From assembly GCF_006345805.1 (NCBI RefSeq), contig NC_043004.1, positions 1,860,001 through 1,924,000 of the forward strand: a stretch of 64,000 nucleotides of DNA, given 5' to 3'. Positions 1 through 13,047 of this stretch are shown in pieces. The notes under the pieces were generated by a model, which did not search any database, was not told the origin of the DNA, and saw only the letters and a program-made list of their open reading frames with translations. A program made the translations under genes and the position numbers. Positions within the stretch are counted from its first letter, which is position 1; every line of letters begins with the position of its first letter. The DNA comes from Octopus sinensis (taxonomy: Eukaryota).

Positions 1-3
1 TAT

Positions 4-47
<44 letters not shown>

Positions 48-156
48 GAGATGCGATTAAAATTCGATCATGTTTCAAGATATTTTTGAAATAGTTTTGC
101 TTCTGCTGCTGCTGCTGCTGCTACTGCTGCTACTACTACTACTACTACTACTACTA

Positions 157-200
<44 letters not shown>
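1..200. repeat. (TA)n and (CTG)/(CTA)n microsatellites
   Basis: Directly visible. Confidence 0.95.
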
Positions 201-1142
201 TTGTGTATATTTAGTCATTATTTTTGTTCATTTTAGCTCCTGAATCTGTGATAACTATAATAAACGAGTTGAGAAGTTGGAAAGAAAACAGCAGAGAGAA
301 TTAATGTCTTCCGTATCAGCAAATATATTCAGTGGAATAAATGGTGCTTGTTTACTATAATTAGTGGGTGAAAAGATGCAATTTACTATCTCGTTGCATG
401 AACAACAGCCGGATAAGTGCAGCAATGTTACTCAAGAGAATCAGATGCACGGATGAAAGCACGGTTAATGAACCAACTACTGCCATCTACGTAGGGTGTG
501 GTTCGGAGCATCGGTTTGGAACTGAGCAAGGTTTCTCTCCATAAAACTAGCTTTCACTTTTGTTATTTCCCTATATCTCTATTACTGATGCTATTCACCG
601 TTGTCAGAAAGGCTACTGAACACATATGTTACTATCACAGCAATTTCTCCGATAAATTAACCGTGGTTAAGGATGAACAAAGATATTTCCTCACCAAATA
701 GTTTATGCGAAATTGTGCTTCATAGGCAATATGGATAAAATATGAGTTTCATCTACATTGACAAATCTTTGCAGTGATTTCTTTAATGACATTCCCAGAA
801 TACCATCACACTAATTACAAGATTTTCTTGATTGAATATCGTATGATATTTGTTTCTTTTACACCAAACGCACAAGGACTCGGTGCTATGATCAAAGTAA
901 TATAAATTAGGCTCATCCAGCGCTTTTCTAGATCTTAGAATATATAATCCAATGATCCAGCTTAAAACCTTTTCTCGGTTTTCAACATTTCGATCGGAAG
1001 CCTAATTGTGTCAATAGAGTTATAACAAGGACTTGAGATTCCCTGTGAGGGCACCGGGCACAGCTTCTTTCTTTACCCCAAACGAATGACAAAAGTAGGA
1101 AGAGTATGATTTGAAAAAGATCTTCTTAAAATATTATGTCAC

Positions 1143-1304
1143 GGTGCAGGCGTGGCCGTGTGGCAATTAGGTTGCTTCCCAACCACATGGATCCAGGTTC
1201 TGGCCCAGTGCGAGGCACCTTGGACAAGTGTCTTCTACTATTGCCTCGGGCTGACCAAAGTCTTGTGAGTGGATTTGGTAGACGGAAACTAAAAGAAGCG
1301 TGTC

Positions 1305-1338
<34 letters not shown>

Positions 1339-1541
1339 CTGCGTCTGTCCTTTACCCCCTCCATCGCTTGATAACCGATGTTGGTGAGCTTACGTCCCCG
1401 CAACTTAGCGGTTCGGCAATAAAGCACCATAGAATAAGTACTAGGCTTACAAATTATAATTCCTGGGGTCCATTCGTTCGACTAGAGGTGGTGCTCCAGC
1501 ATGGCCGCAGTCAAATGACTGAAACAAGTAAAAGAATAAAG
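1143..1541 (+). mobile_element. tRNA-derived SINE family B (CORE-like), full length
   Basis: A/B-box-like head, caccttgg.caagtgtcttctacta core, internal (TA)n, tail gaaacaagtaaaaga; multiple copies in the window. Confidence 0.85.
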
Positions 1542-1755
1542 TTTTATGTGTTTTACAAAGTCGTAACTAAATTAACGTTATTTTTTAATGGAAAATTAAA
1601 ACCCGATCACGGTTCCACTTGATTTTAATTATTAATCTTATGAAAATATTTAAGCATGAAATAAACTAATTAAATCAAATATACCTATAACCAATTCATT
1701 GATGATGAAGTTATGTCATGAGTTAATTGTTGTTGAAATTTAGCCGCAAGTATGT

Positions 1756-2415
1756 GGCGAGCTGGAAGGATCGTTAATGCAGCCAAGGCGGGAAGCTGGT
1801 AGATTCGCTAGCACGCCGGGCGAAATACTTAGCGGTATTTCGTTTGCTGTTACGCTCTGAGTTCAAATTCCGCCGAGGTCGTCTCTGCCTTTCACCCTTT
1901 CGAAGTCGATAAATTAGTACCGGTTGTGTATTGGGGTTGATCTAATCGACTGCCCCCACCCACTCCCCCAAAATTTCGGGCCTTGGGCTTAGAGTAGTAA
2001 AGAGTCGTTTGCACGCAAAATGCTTTGCGGCATTTCGTCCGTCTTCACGTTCTGAGTTCAAATTCCGCCGAGGTCGCCTTTGCCTTTCATCCTTTCGGAG
2101 TAAGTTAAGTTCCGGTGATACACTGAGGTCGATGTAATCGACTTTGTACTCTCTCCCAAGTTTCAGGCCTAAATTGTGCCTTTAGTAGAAAGGATTATTA
2201 GCGCGCCGGAGAAAATGCTTAACGGCATCTCGTCAGTTTTTACATTCTAAATTCAAGTTCCGCCGATGTGGGCTTTATTTTCATTCTTTCGGTTTCGATG
2301 AAATAAGTACCAGCTGACAACTGGGGTCAATAGAATACGTACCGGCTAAGCACTGGGGTCGATGTAACTGATTTAATCCCTTCCTCAAAATTTCTGGCAT
2401 TGTGCCAAAATTTGC
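1756..2415 (+). mobile_element. Cluster of three SINE family A units
   Basis: Repeated gagttcaaattccgccgaggtcg (B-box-like) and gcctttcatcctttcg...agtacc body. Confidence 0.8.
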
Positions 2416-3135
2416 AACTGATATACAGCCACACCTCATCATTTTCACATCTATGATTAGTACTTGATCTGTTACTAATGGCCTTCCAGCCATGCTCATC
2501 GGTCTTTCTTTAAGAGAAATTAAATCTAGAATTGCATCATCATGTAAAACTGCTTTTCAAAGGAGATTTGACTGCTATTTCTAGGAGGTTGAACGGTTAA
2601 GTGTGGGCTACCCAGTTGGCTCGCCTTACATGCAGCCGTTATTGGTTCATTACAAAAGATTTTTAAGTCAACAGCATTCCATTCAGTTATTTTTAGTTTG
2701 AAATAATTATTAGATATAAGAATTGTTTTGGAGTATGCTACTGTCTAAACAAGAAAATATTGAGCTCATTGCTGATATTTGTAAACAAAAAAAACACCCA
2801 TCAAAATAAAAATAATAAATTAAGCTATCACATTGATATGGCAAACACAATATTACTAAATTAAAGGTATAATTGACAATTTGGTAATTTATTTAATGTT
2901 TTTAGTAGTAAATTGGCTGAAGATAATATTTGCAATCGGTGATTAAGATTTTTCTTAATTATATTGTTAGAATAAGACGTGAAGATAATTATTATCAATA
3001 ATTAAGATCAGGATTATGAATATTAATTTTATCTACTCTTTCACGCTTTCTTGTCTCAGTCTGTTCTCTATACAGACGCGTGCACGCGCACACTCATATT
3101 CACAACCACGAATCGTGTATTCCTAAACCTCTTTC

Positions 3136-3259
3136 GTCGAGGTCGACTTTGCTTTTCGTCCTTTCGTGATCGATAAATTAAGTATCAGTTGCGTACTGGG
3201 ATCGATCTAATCGACTGCTCCCCAAAAAAATTTCGGGCCTTGTGTCTAGAGGAGAAAAG
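3136..3259 (+). mobile_element. SINE family A, 5'-truncated
   Basis: Body plus tail 2; attcctaaac.tctttc is duplicated on both sides. Confidence 0.75.
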
Positions 3260-3284
3260 ATTCCTAAACTTCTTTCCCTTAATA

Positions 3285-3666
3285 TTTTATCTTTTGCTTG
3301 TTTCAGTCATTAGACTTCGGCCATGCTGGGGCACCACTATGAAGAATTTTTAAGAATAAAAGAAAACTCGACTCTACTACTTATTTTTTCTAAAGCTTGG
3401 TACTTATTCTATGGGTTCTCCTTTGTCGAACCACTAATTTACAGGGAACATAAAACCACCAAACCGATAGCCCGCGGTTATGGATCAAACACACACACAT
3501 ATACTTACGACAAGCTTTTTTACAATTTCCGCCTACCAAATCCACTCACAAGTCTTTGGTTAGTCCGAGGCTATAGAAGAAGACATTTGCCCAAGGTGCC
3601 ACGGTGTGAGAGTGAACCCGGAACCATATGGTTGGGAAGTAGGCTTCATAACACACAGCCTGCGCC
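3285..3666 (-). mobile_element. SINE family B, diverged
   Basis: Reverse-complement match to 1143-1541. Confidence 0.75.
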
Positions 3667-6100
3667 GTCACTTTAGAATTGATAAATTCGTCGAGGAATT
3701 GCGAACTAAGGGAAACAAACTTAAACTTGATGAATCATTGTTTTCACTATATTTCCACTTCGTTTATGTAATGAATAATCTTAACTACACTAAAAGCATC
3801 TTAACTACACTAAAAGCATCGCTGGTTTTCGAAAAAGACCATGCATAAGAGAAACATCGTCATAATCCTTTTGATGGGTTGCCTTGAAGCAACACATATC
3901 AGCGACATATTCAAATTATTCATCTTTGAAATGTTTGGATCTAGATTTATTTAGTACCTCATTGGTAGGTCTATACAGAAATAATAGTTTAAGTACTTTT
4001 GACAGTATTTGCTCATTGTCTAGAAATTAAATTCGACCCCATATTACATAGTAAGGTTAACCATGTTCAGCAGTTACTTTCATTTGTAAGTGGCGCATTT
4101 ACACATAACTGACACTTAATTTCGATGGGCATCTATATTCGGATGGTTAAGGGTATAACCACAGTGTTGCCTTTTAGGAATGACCCCTTTGTTACCAGTA
4201 CTAACAATATTATCGAAACTGTCAAAATACTTCTTTGGGGCGTTTTCTTTTGAATATACATTCCCTCCCTCTTGAATAAAGCTCTTTCTTAGTTTACTTC
4301 TATTGGAAACCCTGTCGGTTTTCCTAATCAAGAAAATCGATACCTTCTCAAGTTATACAAAAAATCGATCCTTATAGAATTCCAACAATTATTTATTTTT
4401 ACCGTAAATAAAGTCTAGCAAATGTCGATCCCTCTGTTACCGTGGCTTCAAGTTACTCTGCCTCTATGCTTTGGTGGGACAGGTTTTCACTGCAGGGTAG
4501 GTTTCTTTCTACACGATTTTTATTATCTTCCATACAAGCATAATTTCACCTCTTCTTATGTCGTCCATTCCACGTTCAAAGATCTATTATCTTCAGACTT
4601 AACCTGCCAATATCTTCTCACCAGAGGCTAGGATTCGACACCTTCTTCTTTGGGGATGATATTTGCAGCAAGTTCTAGTTTGATCGCGGCCAGAGTATTC
4701 GTGATGGTTTTCTTGCAACTAAGCTTTCACATTTTGTAACTCTGTTTATATTTCACCCATTGTCATCCCTGGCAGCATTCTAAATCTAATTGGTTTTAGA
4801 GTGGTATTTGCCCTTACACTCAGAGCCGCTGTCTGTCAATAAATAAAATGCTTTTGCAATGCACATGTTGACGCTAAAATTTATCATGACATATCTTGTT
4901 GCCGTTGCCTCCAAATGGTAAGATTTCAAAGATAAAGTGAATATGATTGTTGAGGGAGCTTTCTCTAAACGAGGCATTCTCATCTCTTCCAATCATGCAA
5001 AGCGAATTTGGAAGCATCCATTATTATAGATATATTCTTAAAATCAAATGTCGAACAAAGCAGGAGACAATAGGACAAGTAAATATAACAAACTGATTAA
5101 CTATTACCTTTCTGAACAAACGGTTCCGCAGACGACCAAGGTTAATGGTCTCTCAATGCTGAACTTTATTTCCGAACTCAGAGCTAAAGTACCTGAAGCA
5201 ATCGGAGAGATACAGGAGAATAATTGACTGCACAAGAGAAACTTAATTGCTTTAATGAAGAGCAACTCTGCCACCACAGTGACCTGTACTACCAGCTTTT
5301 CGCAGTGATGATGTTTTCTTTATAGATTTTATGAATATTTAATTGTCTCATTAGTTATACAGGAATATAACAACGTTGTTTATTAAACACTTTGCATTTT
5401 TTCACAAAATCACAAAAGCACAAAGAACAAAAAATCTGTTTGGTTCATATAAAGATATATAACTTAACATCATGGTAAAGGCTACTATATCACAAGTTAT
5501 CTTTCCAGACACTATTTAGCTCCCGGCAAAACTAAATACTTTCATGCAGAAAATAAAACGAAAATCACATCTACATCGACATTCTCATGTGCAGAATATT
5601 AATCTAGGAATGAAATGCGGCGTTATTTGCGTTGATGTGTTCATGGTTAGAAGCAATTCTAATGCAAGGGATAAAGAGTGAAGTTGAAATTTAAAATCCC
5701 TGAAGTATATTAGAGGTCATAGACAAACTTCTGAACCGTGTTATGAGCGACGTATAGATGCAACAGGTGAGTAATTTAGCTGGAACATTCTTATATCAGA
5801 TGCATCGAATCTTTTTGTCATGCTGGAAAGATCAGAAGAACCTTTAGTTCTCGATGTAATGAAACCGTGCCTCTAGTCACCGGGAAAGAGACGTAATATA
5901 AATTCAGACGTTAGCCATTAAGGCTACAGACTGCTAAAAGTGGTTAGGTGAGAGAGGAATCTCTTCTTACAAATTAGAGGAAGCGTCGCGTGTTTCCCTA
6001 TTTTCTCATATGTTGTTGAAAAGCTGGAAGGTTTAAGAATTTGGCGGGAACTTGTTCTTTAAGTAATCTGTACTTAAAGAACATGTTCCTGTCGAATTTC

Positions 6101-6316
6101 TTTTATTCTTTTATTCTTTTACTTGTTTCAGTCATTTGACTGTGGCCATGCTGGAGCATCTCATTTAGTCGAACAAATTGACCACAGAACTTATTATTTG
6201 TAAGCCTAGTACTTATTCTATCGGTCTCCCTTGCCGAAACGGTAAGTTACAGGGACGTAAATACTCCAAGATAGGTTGTCAAGCGATGGGGGAGGGGACA
6301 AACACAGACATACAAA
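6101..6316 (-). mobile_element. SINE family B, 3' half
   Basis: Reverse-complement match to the family B tail. Confidence 0.75.
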
Positions 6317-7212
6317 TATAAAATGTCAAATGTAAAATGTGAAAGCTTTGTAAAAGCTTTGTTGTGTTAAGTACTGGTTGTCACAAAAAATTACAAGGCA
6401 TATATACATTCTTTGATAATAATAAGAAAAAGTTAAAAAACAGTTTACAAGAAAAATCTTGAGAAAATATTAAAAAGTTCATAAAAATATTATGATTTCA
6501 TTAAAAAATCATGCTCGTTTGGAAGTATCTCTCTATATATATACACAGAAAATTATAAGTTCAAAAAGGTCATATTTCGTGGTATTTAGGAGTTTACAAA
6601 GAATTTGAGATTATACTGACCTGTTTCACCATTTTGTCGTAAAAGGCTATTTTCTATTTTAAGGGGATGTGGGAGGTTGGTTTGGGTGGGTGGAAGGAAG
6701 AGCAATGTGGAATTGAAAGGAAAAAAATTATCCGAATAAATTATCACATATTATTTTACAGATAAAGTATCCGAATAATTATCACATATTATTTCACAGG
6801 TAAATTCCTCTATTTACATAATATCGAGGTCTTCAACATTCTTTTGTTGTCTTACCATTACTATTAATATATATATATATATATATATTATTTATATTTC
6901 CTGAGCGCCATACTAATACAATTGTTCGTTTGTTTTCCACCTGCCTTCGTCTTTTGTTTATTTTCATAAAGCTTCCCGTTATATATATATATATATATAT
7001 ATATGTAGATATATTTTCTTATGTATGTTTGTATACATTTATGAGCGTATATATGTATGTATTTATGCATTGATGCATTTGTATATTCTATATACATATA
7101 GAGGATACTATAAGGAACCATTTTCCAAAATGCAACTTATTTTTAGTCCCTTTTCCAGTAACCACTCTCTGCTGCTTCCCACCACTTCACACCCTCACTT
7201 CTCCTTTCTAAA

Positions 7213-7254
<42 letters not shown>

Positions 7255-8149
7255 TCCTCTGTATCACGATCTTCCCTTAGTCTTCTATTTTAATGTTTAT
7301 CTTAAATGTTGCTCGTTAAATTTATCTTTCTTATTTTCATTTATGTTGTCTTCTATTTATAATTACATATATTTACATTTTATTGACTTCTTTACGCTAA
7401 TTTTTGAAAACCTTATTTTTTCCAAACTATCAAACTTTAGCGGATTACAAAATATCAGAAAGAGTCATAACACACCGTTGCTCAACAAACACGAAACACG
7501 GCTCTGAAATGTGCCTATTGCGCTTAACTCCACCCATCTCAACTCAAATCCTTTTGAGTCTCACACTGTTCCAGCAAACAGATAAGAGGAGCTTGGGCAT
7601 TACTATCAATTTGTCATTTTGACATTTTCAACTGAAGTAACTTGAAGTATGCAGGGCATGTCTGTCTCTTTAACCAGCTGATAGCTGATAGGAATTTCGT
7701 CAAGATAAATTGCTAATCAGGAAATGAGAAAATACCAAACGATGGATATAATCCCTCGTCTCTAGTGTAATTTTCTGTGAAAGAAAAAAAAATTCTCCTA
7801 ATTACGCCATGAAAGCTTCCAAAAGACTGGTGTAAATAAAAGACCTGTTTTTGTATCTCAAGTGTGATATCATTATCTACAGAAAAAAAAAAAAATTTTG
7901 TTTATAATTCCGTGTTTCTAGCAACAGATAGTATCAAATACAGAAATATCTTGTATAAGGTTCCCTCATCACCATTACACTACCGTCACAGCAGTCGTAT
8001 CCTAATGTTGGATATATTTTGCTGAAAGAAAATTTGATGGCTTCAGTTAGACATCTATGGCAACATATCTACTTAGTTGGGTCTAAACAGAAACAATAAT
8101 ACTTAAAACCGGTTCGAAATATTGAAACAGGGTGAGCAAGGTCAGGGAA

Positions 8150-8323
8150 GAAGCCAAGCGATGATACCGACACCAGTATTCAGCTGGTACTTGCTTTATC
8201 GATCCGGAAAAGATGAAAGACAAAATCGATTCCGGCAGAATTGGAACTTAGAACGTAAAGACAGATCAAATGGCATTCAACATTTTTCCCGGCGTGCTAA
8301 ATATTCTGCCAGTTTTCCGCCTT
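8150..8323 (-). mobile_element. SINE family A, diverged
   Basis: Reverse-complement match to the family A head and body. Confidence 0.65.
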
Positions 8324-8736
8324 AACAACATGCATTAACGTCTGTCGTCTCAAAGCATTGAATTTCATATCACTTCTATTAGAATTTTCTTGGCTTCACC
8401 AAACGAATGTAGCAAATTCGATGCAAACACGGTATGCTAAATAGAACAGCCAGAACGTTGATAACACAAATAGCATCTCCAACAAATTTGTATTCCTCAA
8501 AGGAACATTTAGACCACATTAGATGAGTTCATTTTGGTGTAAGTCAGCATCATTTTTGTAGTGTAGTCCATTGAAGCAAAAAGTAGGAGAACTGTGTTGA
8601 TCATGAATATTTGGTATGAACTTAGTGAGCTTATATATATATAATGAATTTGTGCTGTATTTTAACGTGTATTAGGAACCCCTTAATTTTAGGGGCTTAA
8701 AATTTGGAAAAAGGGTTTTGTAAGAGATTATAATAC

Positions 8737-10092
8737 GGATCTTTTCCTTTTGATAGCCAGATTTCAACACAATTTCTAGTTAACTAAACACTTTAAAACT
8801 TCGTATACTGGTAGAATATGTCAAAAGAAAACATTATTTTCACTTGGCTTTTTTGATAAATTTGTAATTCGTTTGTTTAACGTAGTGTAATTTTTCGAAT
8901 TTTAACCAATCCTATGCTCTCTTTCGAGCTGAAATCATTTGCTGCGTTATCGATATTGATAAACAAACGAGGAGGGTTGTGTTGGCATGTACTAGAAATA
9001 ACAGCCATATCTCTTAAATCGATGAATTTCGTCGCCCAATAAAAATATTAACGATATTTTTTGAATATTTTCTTTATTTATTTTTACCAAAAAGGCTTCT
9101 CTCATGGTTTTGAAGGGCCAAAAGCAACAAAAACAAAACAATAATATGCTTAAATTGGTCTAGAGTGGGATATGAGGGTGCGCGTGGAGTGTGGGTCGGA
9201 TTGTACAAATTTGCGAAATATTTTTTCATAAAAGGATGCCCCAGCTTGTCGGAGGCTGTGATATAAATTCGGAAAAAAATCCTCGACACCAGTGAGTAAA
9301 TGGTACTTAATATATCGACCCCAAAACGATGAAACATCCATCCCCCATTTCTGGTTTATTTACCTTTTGTGTAAATTTGTTCCGGCAAGGGGCTCTATCG
9401 ACACCAGTGCGTGCGTAACTGGTACTTAATTTATCCCTAACCCTACCCTAACCCTAACCCCTAACCCTAACCCTATCCTATCTCGTGACAGCCTTCCGGC
9501 ATCGGTCGCTAGTTTTGGTTAGGTTTAGGATTAGGGGTTAGGTTCAGGATTAGGGGTTAGGTTTAGGGTTAGGTTTAGGGTTAGCGGTTAGGGTTAGAGT
9601 TAGGGATAAATTAAGTACCAGTTACGTACTGGGGCCGGTCTAAACAACGGCAGTAATTCGTTATCGATATTGATAAATAAACGTGAATTTACTAATAATC
9701 GTAAAGAAGAAATTTACTAATAAATATATAAACATGTGCGCATGCACACATGTATGTATAACATTTATGTGTGCGGATGACTAAAGAGCGAGACAGACGA
9801 GACAGACAGAAGAGAGAAGGATGAATAACACGTGTGTGTGCGCTGTTTACGTAACAGTAACCAGGATGTCTCAGTTTTTAGACGCAGCAAATGATTTCAG
9901 CTCAAATACTGGCGATTCATTGGTTAAAATTCGAAGAATTAAACTACGTTAAACTTACAAATTACAAATTTATCAAAAAACCCAAGTGAAAATAATCTTT
10001 TCTTTTGACACATTCTACCAGTATACGAAGTTTCAAATTGTTTAGTTAACTAGAAATTGTGTTGAAATCTGGCTATCAAAAGGAAAAGATCC
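8737..10092. mobile_element. Non-autonomous DNA transposon with ~210-bp TIRs and 8-bp TSD (MULE-like by structure)
   Basis: 8737-8948 (ggatcttttccttttgatagccagatttc...gctgcgt) is the inverted repeat of 9882-10092. Flanks are tataatac and tgtaatac. No transposase. Confidence 0.85.
9435..9605. repeat. Interstitial telomere-like repeats: (CCCTAA)n, ~36-bp spacer, (TTAGGG)n
   Basis: Degenerate CCCTAA units at 9435-9480 and TTAGGG units at 9517-9605. Confidence 0.85.
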
Positions 10093-10401
10093 TGTAATAC
10101 TTCCATGTATAAGAAACTCACATATTTTTAAACATAATTTTTGACAAAAATGGGTTCCTTACGTTAAAATACGGTATATTAGTATTGTGTGAGCAACCGC
10201 CACTACATTCCAGACAGGCGTATCCTGTAATTTTTGCTCATCGATTAATCTCCCTTGTCGTGAATCAGAGTGTGACAAAAACGATAAAATAGGACCCAGA
10301 TAATACCCTAGCTTTCATATCATCGTGAAATATTATCACAGTCCACTGACTTAGTGATATTGTTAAAGGTGAAAGTAAATATCGTAGTCTCCTTCCCACA
10401 G

Positions 10402-10466
<65 letters not shown>

Positions 10467-10769
10467 GCGTGTGTATTTTCTGTTAATGCACAACACGTAT
10501 TTTATCATTAGCCATGCAATAAGGCGCTGGTTCAATTCTAACTTGTTTGTCGTAGAAACATCTTTCTGACCAGGTAAATAAGCAGATGGTCAAGTAAAGT
10601 ATACCTTGATAGTTAGGACTCCGTGTAGCCTTTGGCTCGGTCAATGCGACGGAGGCCTTAACCTTAACAAACATGTCACACTTCCTTCCACACTCTATTT
10701 TAACACCTCTTCATAATCAACAGCGAACACCATCTTTACAAACACGACCACTTAAAACTTAAACAAAAT

Positions 10770-11213
10770 CACCGCCAACACCACCACCACCACCACCACC
10801 ACCACCGCCACCACCACCACCACCACCACCACCACCATCACCACCACCACCACCACCACCACCACCACCATCACCACCACCACACCACCACCACCACCAC
10901 CACCATCACCACCACCACCACCACCATCACCACCACCGTCGCCGTCGAAACCACTGCACGCCGTCGCCGCCTTCACCACCACCACCTTTGTATTCACCAC
11001 AAACCTACTATGATACCATGGTAACCAGCAGCGCGTATACAAAGCATTCATACAAATATTTGGAGATGCTTACGGGGATAAACAGTCTGACAGAACACAC
11101 ACACACACACACACAGACACACACACATCATAAACACACACGCATGTGGATATATGCAACGAATAGGCATACATGCCTATGGATTTATACATACATAATT
11201 TCACATGCTCGCG

Positions 11214-11252
<39 letters not shown>

Positions 11253-11390
11253 GCATATACATACATATTATACATATACATATATACATACATACATACA
11301 TATATATACATACACACACAGAGAAATACAGAGAAAGACAGAGAGAAAGTGAGAAATGGACATTGAGATAGACAGATAGATAGATAGACA
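10770..11390. repeat. (CAC)n, (CA)n, (TA)n and (GATA)n microsatellite cluster
   Basis: Directly visible. Confidence 0.9.
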
Positions 11391-11921
11391 AATATTGTCA
11401 GTGTAGCAGAGTAGTGTTACATGTATCCTAGATAATTGTTTTTTTCTTTATGAGAGATCCATTAATTGCAACTCCAATTGCTTGTAGTGACGCTGATCGC
11501 CGTAGTTGGAACATTAAAGGGGGTGGAGTGTGGGTGGGGCTGATGTGTTTTCAATGCACCGGTTGACCCCAAAAGTATGTGTTCGTTTTATTGACACAGG
11601 TGCTTGGCCAAATGTTTGCTTCAATGGATATTACCGTAAAATTTCGTTACTGTTTACATCTCTAAGTACAGGCAGAAGATTATTCTTACCTTTTATTTTT
11701 TATATTAATTTCTCAGGTGTTATTTCTTGTTTGTTTCTCATTTTAGTGGATCACATCTTAAGGAGTTCATGTTGACCAATATGGCAGAGTTGGCCATTGA
11801 CAATTTATTTCTAGATTTTTTTTTAACGTAAATAAACTTTAAATGACAGACGTGTCTATTAAACTGGGAGTAATCTATTTGTATGCGTGAATATACTCGT
11901 TATGTTTGAATATAACATTTA

Positions 11922-11965
<44 letters not shown>

Positions 11966-12642
11966 GCTCAGTCTGTCTATACGTATGCATGTAAGTCTAT
12001 AGATAAGACGTTCATTAACGAAACACTTTTGTGACATGTCCTGAATCAAAGTATATATATTTTTTTATGTATTCAACAACATAAATTTGATTTTGATGAA
12101 ATAAAAATGTGAGGAGAAGAATTTCAGGAGAGAAGAAAGATTTTATACAGAAGGAAAAGAGGAAGAAGATAATAGATATGTGGGTGGGAAAATTATCAAT
12201 TTAATAGGATATTAGGGTAATCCATTGATTAATTCTAAGAAATCATCATAAATTTCAAATAAAAAAGTACTACCACAAATGTTCTGTTACATGAACTTCC
12301 TTTTTTAATATTTTCTAAGATGAATATCAAAAAGGAGGCGATCACAAAGTTCGAGAAATTGAAGACATCAGTTCACTGTTCAACAGACATAACCTATGGA
12401 TGTAATTGAATTCTAATTTCCATATGTATATCTTAACCACATGTATCACTGCTTCACAATTTTTGTGAAGCCTGAAATAAGTAGCGTGCATGCGCTCTCG
12501 CCAATACTGATTCCTTTCTTTGGAATTTTTTTGACACAGTGACATGAAAATATTTCATCGACCTCTGAGAGATGAAAGGGAAATTAGATCCAAAATAATT
12601 TAAGGATTTAGAGTAAATACTATACAATATTTTATTTCAAAT

Positions 12643-13047
12643 AAGGCGGCGAGCTGGCAGAAACGTTAGCATGCCAGGCGAAATTGCTTAGCGGTATTTC
12701 GTCTGTCACTACGTTCTGAGTTCAAATTCCGCCAAGATCGACTTTGCCTTTCATCCTTTCGGGGTCGATTAAATAAGTACCAGTTACACACTGGGGCCGT
12801 TGTAATCGACTTAATCCATTTGTCTGTCCTTGTTTGTCTCCTCTGTGTTTAGCCCCTTGTGGGTAGTAAAGAAATAGAAATAGGTATTTCGTCTGTCTTT
12901 ACTTTCTGAGTTCAAATTTTACCGTGGTCGACTTTGCCTTTCATCCTAACAGCGTCGATAAGTTAAGTACCAGTTATTTACTGGTGTCGATCTAATCGAC
13001 TGGCCCCCTCCCCCCAAATTTCGGGCCTTGTGCCAGGAGTAGAAAAG
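12643..13047 (+). mobile_element. SINE family A dimer with 17-bp TSD
   Basis: aatattttatt(t/c)caaat at 12626-12642 and 13048-13064. Confidence 0.88.

Larger units (their letters stand above)
8655..10174. mobile_element. Older short Tc/mariner-type MITE interrupted by the 8737 element
   Basis: ctgtattttaacgt...aggaaccc (8655-8681) is inverted relative to gggttccttacgttaaaatacgg|ta (10152-10174). Confidence 0.5.

Noticed and set aside
6730-6980. Short duplication and repeat-like fragments between (TA)n tracts
   Set aside because: Probably ends of Penelope-like repeats, but there is no ribozyme core or second copy in the window to support a call.
9435-9605. Chromosome end-to-end fusion site
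   Set aside because: The order is CCCTAA then TTAGGG, opposite to a fusion signature, and it lies inside a TIR element.
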